Source of the DNA: Nageia nagi | Taxonomy: Eukaryota; Plantae; Pinophyta | Assembly (NCBI GenBank): GCA_050084985.1 | Contig: JBITNC010000001.1 | Coordinates: 15,686,001 to 15,750,000, forward strand | Direction of reading: 5' to 3' | Length of the DNA stretch: 64,000 bases | Part shown: positions 1 to 12,540 of the stretch, piece after piece | Layout: each line of letters opens with the position of its first letter | How positions within the stretch are numbered: the stretch's first letter is position 1 | Notes under the pieces: model-generated | The model's database searches: none | The model's input: only the letters and a program-made list of their open reading frames with translations | Told to the model about the DNA's origin: nothing | Translations under genes and position numbers: made by a program

Positions 1-3000
1 TAGTTGTTGGTTTGATGTGTTAGCTGCTGCAGGTTTTAGGGATTGTTCAAGATTCTCAATCCAATCTTTCAATTCTGTTAGAGAGGACAGTTCTTCCTGA
101 AGTGCTGAACATCAAGAGAGAGAAGATGAGGGAATCCTTGAATCCAAATTCTTGATATGCAAAATCTGGTTTGTCAACTGAATCTGAAGCAACAAAATGA
201 GGGTCTGCTGAGTGGAGTTGGCGGTGAGGAGTGAGGCGACATGTTGTAGGAGAAGCTGATTCGATTTTTCAAGTTTCATAAGATGCCTACTATGTGAAAC
301 GTATCGAATTTGGAGTTTGGCTGACCTCCTTGCATTGGCACAGTGGCAAGTTCTGGATCAATCTACCAGGCGGGTAATCCATTTCTTTGATCCTGCAGTT
401 CTTTTGGGTTTGTAAGCAAGGGAACAATGTAGGAAGTGATACTGTTATGGAAGTGGAGATAACCACTGTAATAGATCGATGGAGAGGTGCAGTCCTCTGA
501 ATTTCTAGACTGGAGTTTGTGTGTTGGAAGGTGGGTGTCTAGGATGATGGAAAATCCAAGTGTTCAAATGCTGAAGGTAGAGAACCCATAGGGAAGAGGA
601 GGGTCGGGCGCTTGCTTTCAGGTGCATGCTTTTGCACTTGTCCCAAAAGGTGCAACCAAGATATAGAGCTTTCAAGTATGATGGAAATTGACTAAGTCCT
701 TTTCGTCCACCAAGGTTGATAGGCACATGCATTCCGGGACATGCTTTTCCACTCATTCAAAACCGTGCACCCATCATCCTGGCGCCACCATTTGATCTCA
801 CTACTAGCCAACCAGAGGGTGACATGTGGCAAGCTTGGAGACTATAAATATCAAGTCACCCCTTAATCATTTTCACCACTTCATTTCAAGTTTGCATTGA
901 GCTCCCCAGTCACACCATTTCAGGAACATGCTTGAGCTCTCATTCGAATCGGTGCGCCAGGGAGGAATAAAGGATCAAAGGCATGCATGTGCAACTAGTT
1001 AGCCATTTTTGACTAAGACATTTCACTTTTGAACATGAAAGTCTGAGGCGCTTGCTTTGTAGCACATGCTTAATCACTCATCCAAATCCATGCGCCCCTG
1101 TGTGAAGTGATGAATTGGCCTTCCAAGAAGAAATTGTGGCCTTGAAATTGACTAAGTGACCCAAGGATCTAGTCGCATGTTTTCTAAGCAGTGGAAAAGC
1201 ACACATCCAAAATTGTACGCCCTGGGGTCAGAGACTAAAATTGTTTAAGTGTGAGAAGCTAGGAGTTGAAAAGTCAAGAAGACAAGTGGCAGACATGCAT
1301 CATACCATGCATAGACCCTCCATGCATCTCCTATAAAAGAGGGCAGCCCTAATCCATTTCTGCAAGATGTTTTGCAACCCAGACCTGCACGTTTAGCCAT
1401 TTTCAACTGCACCCTTTGAAGCATCCAACTTGATACTTGGTCATTTCTGGGGCATTCCTAGCCATTTTAGTCCTTTTTTTGCAAAGTTTTTAGAATTCAA
1501 AGATGACTTCCAAAGTAAGACCGCCCCCATTAAAGGCCAAGAAAACCTAGGGGCAGCTTTTTGAAAGACATGATTGTCACCAGAGATCAGATGACAAGGC
1601 TCCTAAGGGAGAGCAAAATAGAATTTCAAGAAAGAGAAAGACCAAAGCTCCCTGAAGCCAAATTCAAGGAGATACGTCTTTGTTGGAAACACAGACTGGG
1701 GAAATGTTGACCCCATCCAGACCATAGGCTCCACTGCCTCCATCAACAAGGAAGATCTATTAGATGAACTCATCCACTCATGTGGATTGTTCAATGCCAC
1801 CATGATAGCTTTTGCAGTTTCGTTTCCTAACTTGTGCTACGAGGTAGCAAAGCGATGTAAATATGACAAGAGTCCTCCTGGACATAGAGGGAAATGTGAT
1901 CATGGACTTCTTCCCCAAAGGAATGAAGTAGCCTCTAGTTGGAAAAGATACGAGGAAGATTATACATTGGCCAATTCAGAAGAATCCCATGATTCCACTT
2001 CTCAGCTTGGGGACTACATCAGAACATGGCTTTATGAAGACTACCAGAACATCCAAGGCCAGAGATTGATCAACGCCTATAGGAAGGAATTCCTACCTAC
2101 AGTGGCCAAGTTGATCACTTTGTTTTCCAGGGTCACAGGTTAGGAGAATGACTCCAAGTATAGGAAGGAGTTCATTGGATTCATTGCGGTGATCAGCTTG
2201 GGGAGAGCTATTAGATGGAGCAGGGTAATCAGTGATGCCTTGGACCACCAGTTGACTTACTTCGACTCTTCTAGAAGATTTTACATGAACTCTTATCTTG
2301 TGTACCTGTTGTTGCATGGCAAGCTTAGATTAAGAGAGCTTGTGGATGAGAGATATTTGGGTTAGAAAGGCATTCCTATGTGGCGAATTTACCCAAAGTG
2401 GTGCTATCACAACATGCTTTAGCAATTCTATGAAAGGAATGAGTGTTGGGAGTACTCCATCTACAAAGACATTAACGGGAATCAGTGGTCAAGAGGATTT
2501 CTGATGTTGCCATTCAAGCCATCAGTGTACATGCAGATTTTAACCTACAGTATGCTGATCATACTTATATCAAAGTCTATGGCTTCGAAGAGCAACCCCT
2601 GCTCCTGCCTAGATATGCCAGTGACAGACGATTATTGTTTTTGAAGGAATGAGTGTGGAGAAAGAAGGATGCAACGATTAACTTGCCTATCTCAATCGCA
2701 AGTTATGTTTGCTAGATGTGGGTTGAGGCCAACAATATGAAGAAGGAGCTGCAATAGTACCTCTTCTTCAAGGAGATGGCAGCTAGGAATTATGATCCTA
2801 GAGGTGTGATTGCTCATTTGTACGGCACCGCATTCCAAAGACCAGTTGCCTATCAACATAAATCTTTAGGGAATGCGGAGAAGTACCGAAATGTGTGGGA
2901 TGAGGAGGAGATAGAAAGGATAGATGATCTTTTGAGCAAAAATAAGGCTCCCCTTTTGGTAGATAAGACATCTCAAAGACCTAGAATTGTGAAGGCAAGA

Positions 3001-6000
3001 CCCAAAGAGGTCTCACTAAGGATCAAAACGTCTCCTCCTTCTACAAGTGTTGTGCCTCCACAGAGCAAGACATCCTTGCTTCTCATCGAGAAAAGACAAG
3101 GAACTTCAAGGGAGCACACCTCAAGACCTAGCAAACGCAGTGCAGTCATGGCTAATTTGAGAGATGCTAGCTATCGCACTATCCCATTGAGCATGTTGGA
3201 GGAAGCCTTTGCCGATGATTCACCCACTGAAGAAGTCCCTTCTAGACCCACTTGTCCTCCTGGATGTAGGGAGAAAGTTCCCCGTTGCAACCAAGTTCCA
3301 GTTCTTCCGAACATTCCACTTCTTCCGATGAAGAAAATGATGAGGAACCCAGTCGTACAGTAGACAAAGAAGAGACAGAGTGCAAGAGAAGTGATGAGGA
3401 GAGCCATGGTGAAGAGGAAGAAGAAGAAGATGATGATGATAATGCTGCTGATGAGCAGTACCCCAAACAAGATAACATAGGTGTAGGTGCTTCTGCACTT
3501 GATGAGACAGAGATTGAAACTCTCCTAGATGACGATGAGATTGTAGACGTTGGGACCTATGATGATGAGGTCTAGATTGTCAAAGTAAAGTGTGCCAAAG
3601 AGGTGCGCGCCTCCAAGCTCTTTCCTGTCGAACATAGAAAGAGGTTACACTCATCTTCCTAGAAGCCCTCTGTGAAGAGGACCAGCCATGAAAGATCTCC
3701 TTACCCACGAAAGAAAGGCATATCAATTGGTGGCAATGGCGGAGATGAAGAAGACGAAGGGCAGATTGAAGAACAAAAGAAGAGAAAGCATGATGAACAC
3801 TAGGGTAAGGAAGTTGCCCTTTTCCAGAGTACTCTGACCAAGGAAGTCTGAAGCTTAGCAAAGGTCAATTGTTGGTGCAGAGGCTCCCTCCCCAGCCAAC
3901 AACCAAACATCTGGACCTTGACCTGGATGTACAAGTATGGCTCATGATAAGGAGATAGATCAGGACTTGAAATCTGAGGATGAAGAAGAGGAGCTCTCCG
4001 ATGGTGAGAAAGTTAGTAGGGTTGATACATTCGTCTCCACCACCCGGAAAGAAATTTCCATCAGTCACTATTATTCAAAGGAGAAACAACCTCAGAGGCC
4101 AAAGGACTGCATGATTGAGACGTTCAAGATGCTTGTGAAGTTGGGATTGACAACCCGCAAACACAGTGATCCAGAATGCTGTAGTCATGGAATAGGAAGG
4201 CTATGAAGCCAAAAAAGAGGTGAAAAGGTTGAAGAAGGAACTCACAGCCAGCAGGAAGATTATCAAGGAGTTCCAAACCATCAACACCACCCCAGTCGAC
4301 TTGAAGAAGCAAACCTCATTCCATGAAGGATGGGAGTTGATGAAGGAGCAATTGAAGAGGCAAATGATGGAAACTATTGAGAAGTTGTCTTCTCAAATAT
4401 ACGGCCTCTTCGAGGAAGTTGTCGAATTCCAAGAACTCAAGTACCAAATTACAACACACCTCAAGAAGTTGGATGGTTACCTCCCTAATATCACCCATCT
4501 ACAACAAATTTTCACTGACAAGCCCGAGAAATTGGTCTATTGCCACAAATTCATGTATCAACATGACTAGCTGAAGCATGCACTTGAGAAGCGCAATGCC
4601 GTTTTGAAGGTAAGAATCCCCTTGAGGAAGAGGTTGAGGAGCAAATGAGAAGATATGTATACCAGCTCAAATTCCAGGGGGGAGGATAACAACGTGCGGA
4701 AAAAGGAGGTAGTATTGGTAGAGGCCCAAAATTTGATACAGGATCATCTAGACGTCGATGACCTTAGTTTGCTGAGAGCAGGGTATCCCATCATGCATGA
4801 AAGACAAATGGTCGTCTGGAAATACCATATGCAAGCTACATCTAGGCAAATTGGGGACTATTTTCGGTAGAACGACAACGCCGTTGGCATGATCTCTAGG
4901 GGTGTGCGAAAAATTGTGACGTTCTTGTAGGAGACCATTGAGTCGTACGGTATCACCAGCAAGGAGTGGAACTCCGCTGGTATGGGATCAGGTTTGGCCT
5001 AGGTCTGATCCACTCGCAGATTCTATCTGTGATAATCTTTTCTTTGTTTAATGCATATTAAATGAGGGTGGTTGTTGTTACACTTAGACTTTATTTGATC
5101 AGACTGGTGTAGGGATGAGGTTTTGCTCACACCAAATTAGATCTATTAGACTCTTTAATGGTTTTGACCGTTGTAGGGATGAGGTTTTGCTCCTGTCGGA
5201 TCAGAATCTTAACATTTATTGCATATCGAATTTTCTTTTGCATAGTTTAGAGGTAGATTAAATGCATTTTGGTTGTGGCATTTATATTTTGTCAGTTTTT
5301 AAGTGCCACTTGCATTGTTTCTTGTGAACAATCAGATTTTGTATCGATATGTGTGTTGCATGTGTGCACACCATATCAGATTTGATGTCTTTAAGGCAAC
5401 ACTTTTGGTGGTGTATTTATACCCCAATAGGGCCATTTAGAAGGAGATTTTGGCATATGATTGCATGTACGAGATTTTCTGCATACTATTGAATTGCACA
5501 AGGATTTGCAGCATAAGGGATTCTTTGCATATCATGGATGTACATTGTCATATATACGTTTCATTTTGAATATCATATTGAGAGTACTGCAATCAAGAAA
5601 GGAATGCCTCTATTCATACTATAGAATATCATTGTGAGTTTATTTCTTTCTGGAATAGTGTCATAAAGTTAATACTATGAAGATTATCGTTTGTGGGATC
5701 ATGCATGTTACTTTGGTTTGAATAGTTTTCCTCTTGAAACTGCATATTGAATATTTGTTGAAGTGGTTTAAGCTATTCATTGCATTGTTTGCACGTAAGT
5801 GTATGTATTTTGGGGCGTATAACTTGTCTCTATGTCATTCAGTTAGACCTGTGTATTCATGCCCTCACTTCATTTACCCCCGTTCCATTGAGTCTTCCAC
5901 CAAGACCCTACAACTTTCTGCTCTCGTTTGGTAGCAATTTGAGCGCATATTGCTATTTGCTGCCCAACTTGATTAGTGAATACACTTTCCTTAATGAATT

Positions 6001-6319
6001 CAAAGATGACTTGCCGAAACACTGAATCACTGGTGATATCTTCATAAGTTCATTTTTTATATTCTTGTTTATCTATCCCTACGTTTGTGATCTTTCTTCG
6101 CTTTCGTTCACACTTCCAATATTTCCTCATTGTGGAAAATGAATTTCGATGATGTATTTCCCTTGTACATGATTAACAACATGCATCTTTGACTACTGTG
6201 CCCTAGACCATATTCCATGTGAGTGCTTGGGGTAACCAGTCCTTTCAGCGGAAACAATTAATGCTATTTCCTCCAAGTCTTGTGCATGTTTTGGGTGAGG
6301 AAAGAAAAACATACCAACA
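1..6319 (+). mobile_element. Family A giant LTR-like element, copy A1 (5' end outside window), containing a decayed long ORF
   Basis: Colinear with 7024-26013: hairpin/TATA modules, homologous ORF, GGATGAGRTTTTGCTC motif, TATA-like region at ~5413, and terminus AAAGAAAAACATACCAACA (6319) matching AAAGAAACTCACGTCAACA (26013). Family-B LTR sequence resumes right after 6319, so A1 is inserted in it. Confidence 0.75.
1503..5035 (+). pseudogene. Decayed ~1150-codon retroelement-associated ORF (conserved N-terminal domain, acidic/Ser-rich middle, predicted coiled-coil C-terminus), copy A1
   Basis: ORF pieces 1787-2143, 2776-3363, 3285-3575, 3937-4206, 4220-4570 and 4655-4870 are colinear on +. Motifs RFYMNSYLVYLLLHG, YPKW, HTYIKVYG..LLPRY and KKDATINLPISI are shared with the 14828-24495 copy. 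Many stops and frameshifts. Confidence 0.75.
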
Positions 6320-6700
6320 CAATGCATGCATGGGTGTCTAGGAGCCATCATGGGCCAACGTGGGGGTCTAGGTTTCTCCCCAAGGCTGGCGCATGTGTAT
6401 AAGTGATCCCCAATCCAACGTTGGGGCAAATCCATGCTCTAATGTCTTCTAGGTGCCAAAAAGGACTTGGGATTCCCACAATCATCTTTAGGATCTCCAA
6501 GTGTGTTAAATGACAAATAAAATAACCTATCCTAGCTTGGGAGGAAAACCTCCCTCATGGGGCTCACAAGTGGGTCCAATGGACCTTTATAATTCTTTCC
6601 CAAGGAATTAACAATAATTTTGTGAGAAAGTAAATATTTACAAAAAGGGAATCCTTAAGATTCCAAAATTAATTAATTTTTACAAAAAGGGGATGTTACA
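6320..6700 (-). mobile_element. Family B (chromovirus) LTR, U3 end; interrupted by element A1
   Basis: CCAACGTGGGGGTC motif, GGGATTCCCACAAT and end GGGGATGTTACA match the LTRs of 38027-44653 and the 29470 LTR. Confidence 0.75.
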
Positions 6701-7834
6701 AACCCTACCATCACCCCTTCTCTCTATGCAACATATTGTTAAAAGAAGAATGTTAGTTGTGAAAATCAAAATGGCAAGCCATGATATGGAACAAATTAAA
6801 TGTAAGAACAAATTTCAGTCACCAAGAATTATATAGATAGATTGAGATAAGGACCACAAAAAGTTGACAATGAAAATCCAAACCTTGCAATGAGTAAACT
6901 AATTGGTTGGTATTTGATTTCATAAAGTTGAATATTCTTTTGGATTTCTTTTTCCATGGAGTACAAGAGGGGGATCATTTGATCAACTACTTTGGTTATC
7001 TTACTCCATATTTTATGAGGTTGTGTTGACTAGACAACAACCTTCCTAATTTTGCAAAATTTTGGTACCCTCCATCAGAAGATGAGAAGATTGAGCATGA
7101 TTTGGGATGCAAGGAGTTTGCTTCTATGAACACAGTTGTAGATATAGCAACCAGATAGCCTGAAGTGCAACTTTAAATGTACAACCCAAAGAGGTCCAGA
7201 GAATCATGAAGATTAATCTAGGAAAGGATACTTGCTTACAACATATGAAAGAATGCTTTCTAGATACTTTTAATCAGGGATTGTAGAATACCAAAGCATT
7301 CAAAGATCAAAAACCAAGAAACCATGGGATGCCTAATGAAAAATGATCACACTTTCAAAATTGAACAAAATTCACTAAGTATGGAAGCTCAAAACAGTGG
7401 TCGCATGGTTGGGCAAAGATACATTTTCAACTATTGAGAATGGTGCGATCGTGCATCCAATACCTTTCATCATCCCCCCCAGGTGGCTGTTTGCATGAGA
7501 GGCATGTGGCACTAGTTTGGTCTATAAATATCTTGGGTTTCTATAAAGTTTTGAAAATTTTGGCCAAGTCCCTAGCCTTTTTAGCTTGGTTGCATGCCCC
7601 CTAGAAGATACATTCCTATCATTTCAAAAGGGTGCGATTGGCAGTAAAATGGTTTCTAGCAAGCTTCGAGCTAAAAATTGGCTAAGTATGGGACGAATTC
7701 CTCCCTCTAAGATTGGTCGCACATTACACAACAGATAGAATTGTAACATTCAAAAGAGGTGCGACCACCCTCTCTTATGCATTGCATAGACTTAGATGGA
7801 CACTTGGCATTTGTTGAAAATGTTGACATGTTAT

Positions 7835-8533
7835 TGTTAGGATTTAAAGAGTTCATATAACCAAGAGCATTCACAATTTAGATTGTATTTGGCAAAGAAG
7901 AAACAACATTAAGCATACTACTGAAAATAAACATCCATAAACATCAATCACACAAGAGAGACACAAGAGATAACGTGGTTCATCCAGTGTAGGCTACATC
8001 CACGGAGAAGCTTTCAACTCTTTTCCATTCAAGTCCTCCAAGCAATACACCAGCAGCATAACCTTGCTACAACCTTCACTTTGGAGTTACAACAAAGCCT
8101 CACTACAATCTCTCTCTCAACAATTACAATCAACCTCACAAGTGCTATCAAATTACAGTCACTCACACACTATCACACCACATCATACATGCCTCAACTC
8201 AAACGCTTATTTATAGGTACAAACTAACCCAACTTAAACCCAAGTTGGATCAGGAACGTCGTTAGGGAACCCCCAACCCTTCTGTAACTACAAAACCAGC
8301 TGTCATGACACCTAGGCAACTGAAAACTGATGAGAAACGAGAAAGTAACTGTTCTCTATTTCTTAGCTGGTGCCCTGCAGATCGGTTAGCAATAACAGGC
8401 CGGTTTCCTTCAGATCGACTGGGCCTAGCCGGTTGGTCGGCTGTCTGATCGGTTGGCCAGCTGGCTGTCTGGCTGGTTGGCTAGTTCTGTCTAGCCGGCT
8501 GGCCGGCTGGTCGCAGTCTCCACATTTTTAACA
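7835..8533 (-). repeat. 3' LTR of copia element
   Basis: Direct repeat of 12541-13239; adjacent to PPT (minus strand AAGTGGGAGAT). Confidence 0.97.
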
Positions 8534-8593
8534 ATCTCCCACTTGGAGACTTCTTCCTCTGCAACAAGGGTGAAAAGCTCCTCATCTTGGCCT

Positions 8594-11500
8594 TTACTCC
8601 TTAAGACCAATCCAAGTTGAGCAAGAGCCCAACTTCTCCTTTGTAACAACTTTCGTGAACATGTCCGCAGGATTTTGTGACATGTGAATCTTCCCCAAAC
8701 TGACTGAACCATCATCCAACGCTGACCTGATGAAGTGGTACCTCAATTTGATGTGTTTGGTTCTCGAATGGTAGGCTGAGTTCTTTGCAAGATGGATAGC
8801 ACTCTGGCTATCGCTCCATAGCTTCGTATCCTCCTGCACCTTTCCCAGTTCCTCCATCAGTCTCTTCAACCAAATCAATTCTTTACTCGCCTCCGTGATC
8901 GCCACGTACTCTGCCTCAGTAGTGGAGAGAGCCACAACCTGTTGGAGTTTTGAAATCCAACTAACCGCTGTACCTCCAATGGTAAACACATAACCTGTAG
9001 TGCTTCTCCCACCATCTATATCACCTGCCATGTCAGAATCAACATAACCTTGCAGACAAGAGTTAGATCCACCAAAACATAAAGAGTAATGAGAAGTACC
9101 CCTTAAATACCTAAGGATCCATTTAACTGCTTCCCAATGCCCTTTTCCTGGATTATTCATAAATCTACTAACCACTCCCACTGCTTGTGCTATATCTGGT
9201 CTAGTACATACCATTGCATACATTAAACTCCCAACCGCTGAAGCATAAGGAACCTTAGTCATGTACTCCTTTTCCTTATCTATCTTAGGACATAAATGTT
9301 TGGTGAGTTTAAAATGTTTTGCCAATGGTAAAGTTACAGATTTTGCATTATTCATATTGAACCGTTTAAGAACCTTTTCAATATAGTCTTCTTGACTTAG
9401 TCTTAGTGAGTGGTTTTGTTTATCTCTTGTTATTTTCATTCCAAGAATTTGATTAGCTTCACCCAAATCTTTCATTTCAAAAGTTTTAGCCAACTTTTCC
9501 TTAAGATCAACAATATCCTGCATACTAGGTCCTGCTATCAACATGTCATCCACATATAAAAGCAAGATTACATAGTTGCCATTTGTTGTTCTTTTTATAT
9601 ACACACAATGATCAGATTGACATCTTACAAATTCATTTGTTACCATGAAAGTGTCAAACTTATGATACCATTGCCTGGGTGCTTGTTTTAAGCCATACAA
9701 ACTCTTTTCCAATTTACATACATACCCTTCTTTACCTTTGACTTCAAAACCTTCGGGTTGATGCATATAAATATCCTCCTCCAAATCCCCATGAAGGAAA
9801 GCTGTCTTTACATCCAGTTGTTCAAGAAACAAATTTTCAGTAGCAACAAGACTCAATATTGCTCTAATCGAGGTCATTTTAACAACTGGAGAAAAGATCT
9901 CATCATAATCAATACCTTTTTTCTGTTCGAAACCTTTTACCACAAGTCTCGCCTTGTACCTTTGTCGCCCATCTGCATCCTCCTTTATCCTGTACACCCA
10001 TTTGTTAGTAAGAGCCCTCTTACCCTCTGGAAGCTCAACCAAACTCCAAGTCTGATTCTTAAGTAAGGAGTCCATCTCCTCCTTCATAGCATGCTCCCAC
10101 TTAATCTGTGTACCACCCTGCATCGCTTCATCAAAACATTCAGGTTCACCACCATCAGTATAAAGAATATGATAAAGAGCAGGAGAATATCGTTCAGGAG
10201 GATTTCTAATCCTTGTGGACCTTCTAAGTGACAAAGTTTGAGGTGTTTGTGGTGGAGGTACATTATTATCATCAGGATCCTTATATTGATCAACATCTTC
10301 TAGAGATACAAACTTGGGTTCCTCAACCTTTTGCAACCTGTCTTTATACATGCTATTCTCATTGAATACAACATCTCTACTTCTAATGATTTTATGGTTA
10401 TCAACATCCCATAACCTATATCCCAAATCATTAACACCATATCCAATAAGATAGCATTTTTGTGATTTTGCATCAAGTTTATTTCTATTCTCTTTATCAA
10501 CATGTGCAAAAGCCTCACAACCAAAGACTCTCAAGAATGAGTAATTCACCTTTTTACCTGTCCACATTTCCTCTGGAATGCCTCCATCTAAAGCCATAGA
10601 TGGACCCCTGTTAATCAAGTAAACAGCAGTGTCAATAGCATCAGCCCAAAGATTTAAAGGAAACCCAGCATGTATCCTCATACTTCTAGCCCTTTCCAAG
10701 ATAGTCCTATTCATTCTCTCTGCAACCCCATTTTCCTGTGGAGTTCTAGGAACCACCTTAATCCTTCTAATGCCATTGTGTGAACAAAATGAATCAAACT
10801 CATTATTGCAAAATTCTCCACCATTATCTGACTTAAGACATTTTAACTTAGAATTAGTTTCATTCTCAACCAATGCCTTCCACCTCTTAAAAGTTTCAAA
10901 CACATCAGATTTCTTTTTAAGACAAAATACCCATGTCTTCCTGGTACAATCATCAATAAAAGTGACAAAATAAGATGAGCCCCCAAGTGAACAAACCTGT
11001 GCAGGACCCCACACATCTGTATGAACAAGCTCTAATTTGTGACTCTTCCTTTCATTGCCAACTTTAAGAAATCTAACTTTCTTTTGTTTACCATACACAC
11101 AATCTTCACAAAATCCTAAATCAATTTCTTTTAGATTTGGAAGTGAACCATTAGTGTGTAACATTTTCATTCCTTTTTCACTCATATGTCCAAGTCTATT
11201 ATGCCATAGTGATGTATCATTACCAAAGGAAACAAGATTCAATGAATAATCAAAGACATTTGTGAGTAAATAAAGAGACCCCACCAAATTTCCCTTTGCA
11301 AATACCATTGAACCTTTAGAAACTTTCCAATTACCATCCCCGAATGTCATCACATAGCCCTCCTTATCCAATTTACTTATTGATATGAGATTCCTTTTAA
11401 GATCCGGAATGTGTCTTGCTTCATTAAGAGTCCATTGTGTTCCATTAGGTAATTTCATTGTTATATTGCCCATACCAACAATTTTACATGGATGTTCATT

Positions 11501-12460
11501 ACCTAATAACACTTGACCAAAATCACCATGTGTGTAATTAGAAAAGAAGTCCTTATGTGGAGTAGCATGATATGAAGCACCCGAATCAAGAACCCAATAA
11601 TCATTGTTCTTTTCGTTAGACATGATTAAAGCATCTTGGATTAATTCACCAACCATATTAACCTCTTGATTACTTGTGCTTTCATTATTACTACTATCAC
11701 ATTCTTTACCTTTTCTATTCCAACAATCCTTTTTAATGTGACCCTTTTTACCACAATACCAACATTCCAATTTTGTTTTACCTTGTGATTTTGACCTTCC
11801 TTGTGATTTGCTTCTTGACTTGCTTCTCCTTCTTTCCTTTGGTCTTCCTCTTGCCTCTACTGTGAGAGCAGCATTGGAGCATTCTCCCGTGGACTTTCTC
11901 CTCATGTCCTCACTAAGAATTGTTCCAACAACTTCATCAAAGACCAATTTTGCATTAGAAGAAGAATTGCTAACAGCCATAACAAAGCTATTCCAACTAT
12001 CCGGAAGTGAACATAGAATTAACAAGGCCCTTACTTCATCTTCAAATTCTAAACTTACTGAAGTCAATTGATTTGTGATTGTATTGAACTCATTAACATG
12101 GTCCTGAACTGAACTACCTTCATTCATCTTCATGTTAAACAATTTTTTCATTAAGTATACTTTGTTAGAGGCAGATGGTTTTTCATACAATTTAGCAAGC
12201 TTATCCATTACACCTTTAGTGGTCTTTTCATTGGAAATATTGAAAGCTACACTAGAACTTAAACAAAGTCTTACAGCACCCAAAGCCTTTCTATCCAAGA
12301 GATTCCACTCTTCATCACTCATAGAAGTAAGTTTCTTACTCTTCTCTTCTAGAGGTAGATAGAGATCCTTTTGGTAGAGGTAGTCTTCCATTTGCATTTT
12401 CCAAAACTGAAAGCCTTGCCCATTAAACCTTTCCACCTTCAGCCTCCCTTCTTCTGCCAT
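8594..12460 (-). CDS. Copia Gag-Pol polyprotein (1288 aa from ATG 12460): gag, zinc knuckle, protease, integrase, RT, RNase H
   Basis: CWYCGKKGHIKKDC knuckle; LDSGAS protease; WHNRLGH..CEDC; integrase HTDVWG/SDNGGEF/GVAERMN; RT LYVDDML; RNase H DSD/TEAE/DSQSA/ADMFTK. Copia domain order. Confidence 0.97.
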   Translation of the reverse strand: MAEEGRLKVERFNGQGFQFWKMQMEDYLYQKDLYLPLEEKSKKLTSMSDEEWNLLDRKALGAVRLCLSSSVAFNISNEKTTKGVMDKLAKLYEKPSASNKVYLMKKLFNMKMNEGSSVQDHVNEFNTITNQLTSVSLEFEDEVRALLILCSLPDSWNSFVMAVSNSSSNAKLVFDEVVGTILSEDMRRKSTGECSNAALTVEARGRPKERRRSKSRSKSQGRSKSQGKTKLECWYCGKKGHIKKDCWNRKGKECDSSNNESTSNQEVNMVGELIQDALIMSNEKNNDYWVLDSGASYHATPHKDFFSNYTHGDFGQVLLGNEHPCKIVGMGNITMKLPNGTQWTLNEARHIPDLKRNLISISKLDKEGYVMTFGDGNWKVSKGSMVFAKGNLVGSLYLLTNVFDYSLNLVSFGNDTSLWHNRLGHMSEKGMKMLHTNGSLPNLKEIDLGFCEDCVYGKQKKVRFLKVGNERKSHKLELVHTDVWGPAQVCSLGGSSYFVTFIDDCTRKTWVFCLKKKSDVFETFKRWKALVENETNSKLKCLKSDNGGEFCNNEFDSFCSHNGIRRIKVVPRTPQENGVAERMNRTILERARSMRIHAGFPLNLWADAIDTAVYLINRGPSMALDGGIPEEMWTGKKVNYSFLRVFGCEAFAHVDKENRNKLDAKSQKCYLIGYGVNDLGYRLWDVDNHKIIRSRDVVFNENSMYKDRLQKVEEPKFVSLEDVDQYKDPDDNNVPPPQTPQTLSLRRSTRIRNPPERYSPALYHILYTDGGEPECFDEAMQGGTQIKWEHAMKEEMDSLLKNQTWSLVELPEGKRALTNKWVYRIKEDADGRQRYKARLVVKGFEQKKGIDYDEIFSPVVKMTSIRAILSLVATENLFLEQLDVKTAFLHGDLEEDIYMHQPEGFEVKGKEGYVCKLEKSLYGLKQAPRQWYHKFDTFMVTNEFVRCQSDHCVYIKRTTNGNYVILLLYVDDMLIAGPSMQDIVDLKEKLAKTFEMKDLGEANQILGMKITRDKQNHSLRLSQEDYIEKVLKRFNMNNAKSVTLPLAKHFKLTKHLCPKIDKEKEYMTKVPYASAVGSLMYAMVCTRPDIAQAVGVVSRFMNNPGKGHWEAVKWILRYLRGTSHYSLCFGGSNSCLQGYVDSDMAGDIDGGRSTTGYVFTIGGTAVSWISKLQQVVALSTTEAEYVAITEASKELIWLKRLMEELGKVQEDTKLWSDSQSAIHLAKNSAYHSRTKHIKLRYHFIRSALDDGSVSLGKIHMSQNPADMFTKVVTKEKLGSCSTWIGLKE

Positions 12461-12540
12461 AGTGCTCTTCCTTGATTTCCAATCTACACACAAGATTCAC
12501 CAACAAAATCCCAACACAACAACGTGTCTCTGATACCAAT

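Noticed and set aside
3171-3498. Hydrophobic, His-rich and Ser-rich minus-strand ORFs
   Set aside because: Antisense reading of the GAA/GAT acidic tract.
9758-12362. Several 60-115 aa ORFs overlapping the copia polyprotein
   Set aside because: Antisense or alternate-frame shadows of the long ORF.
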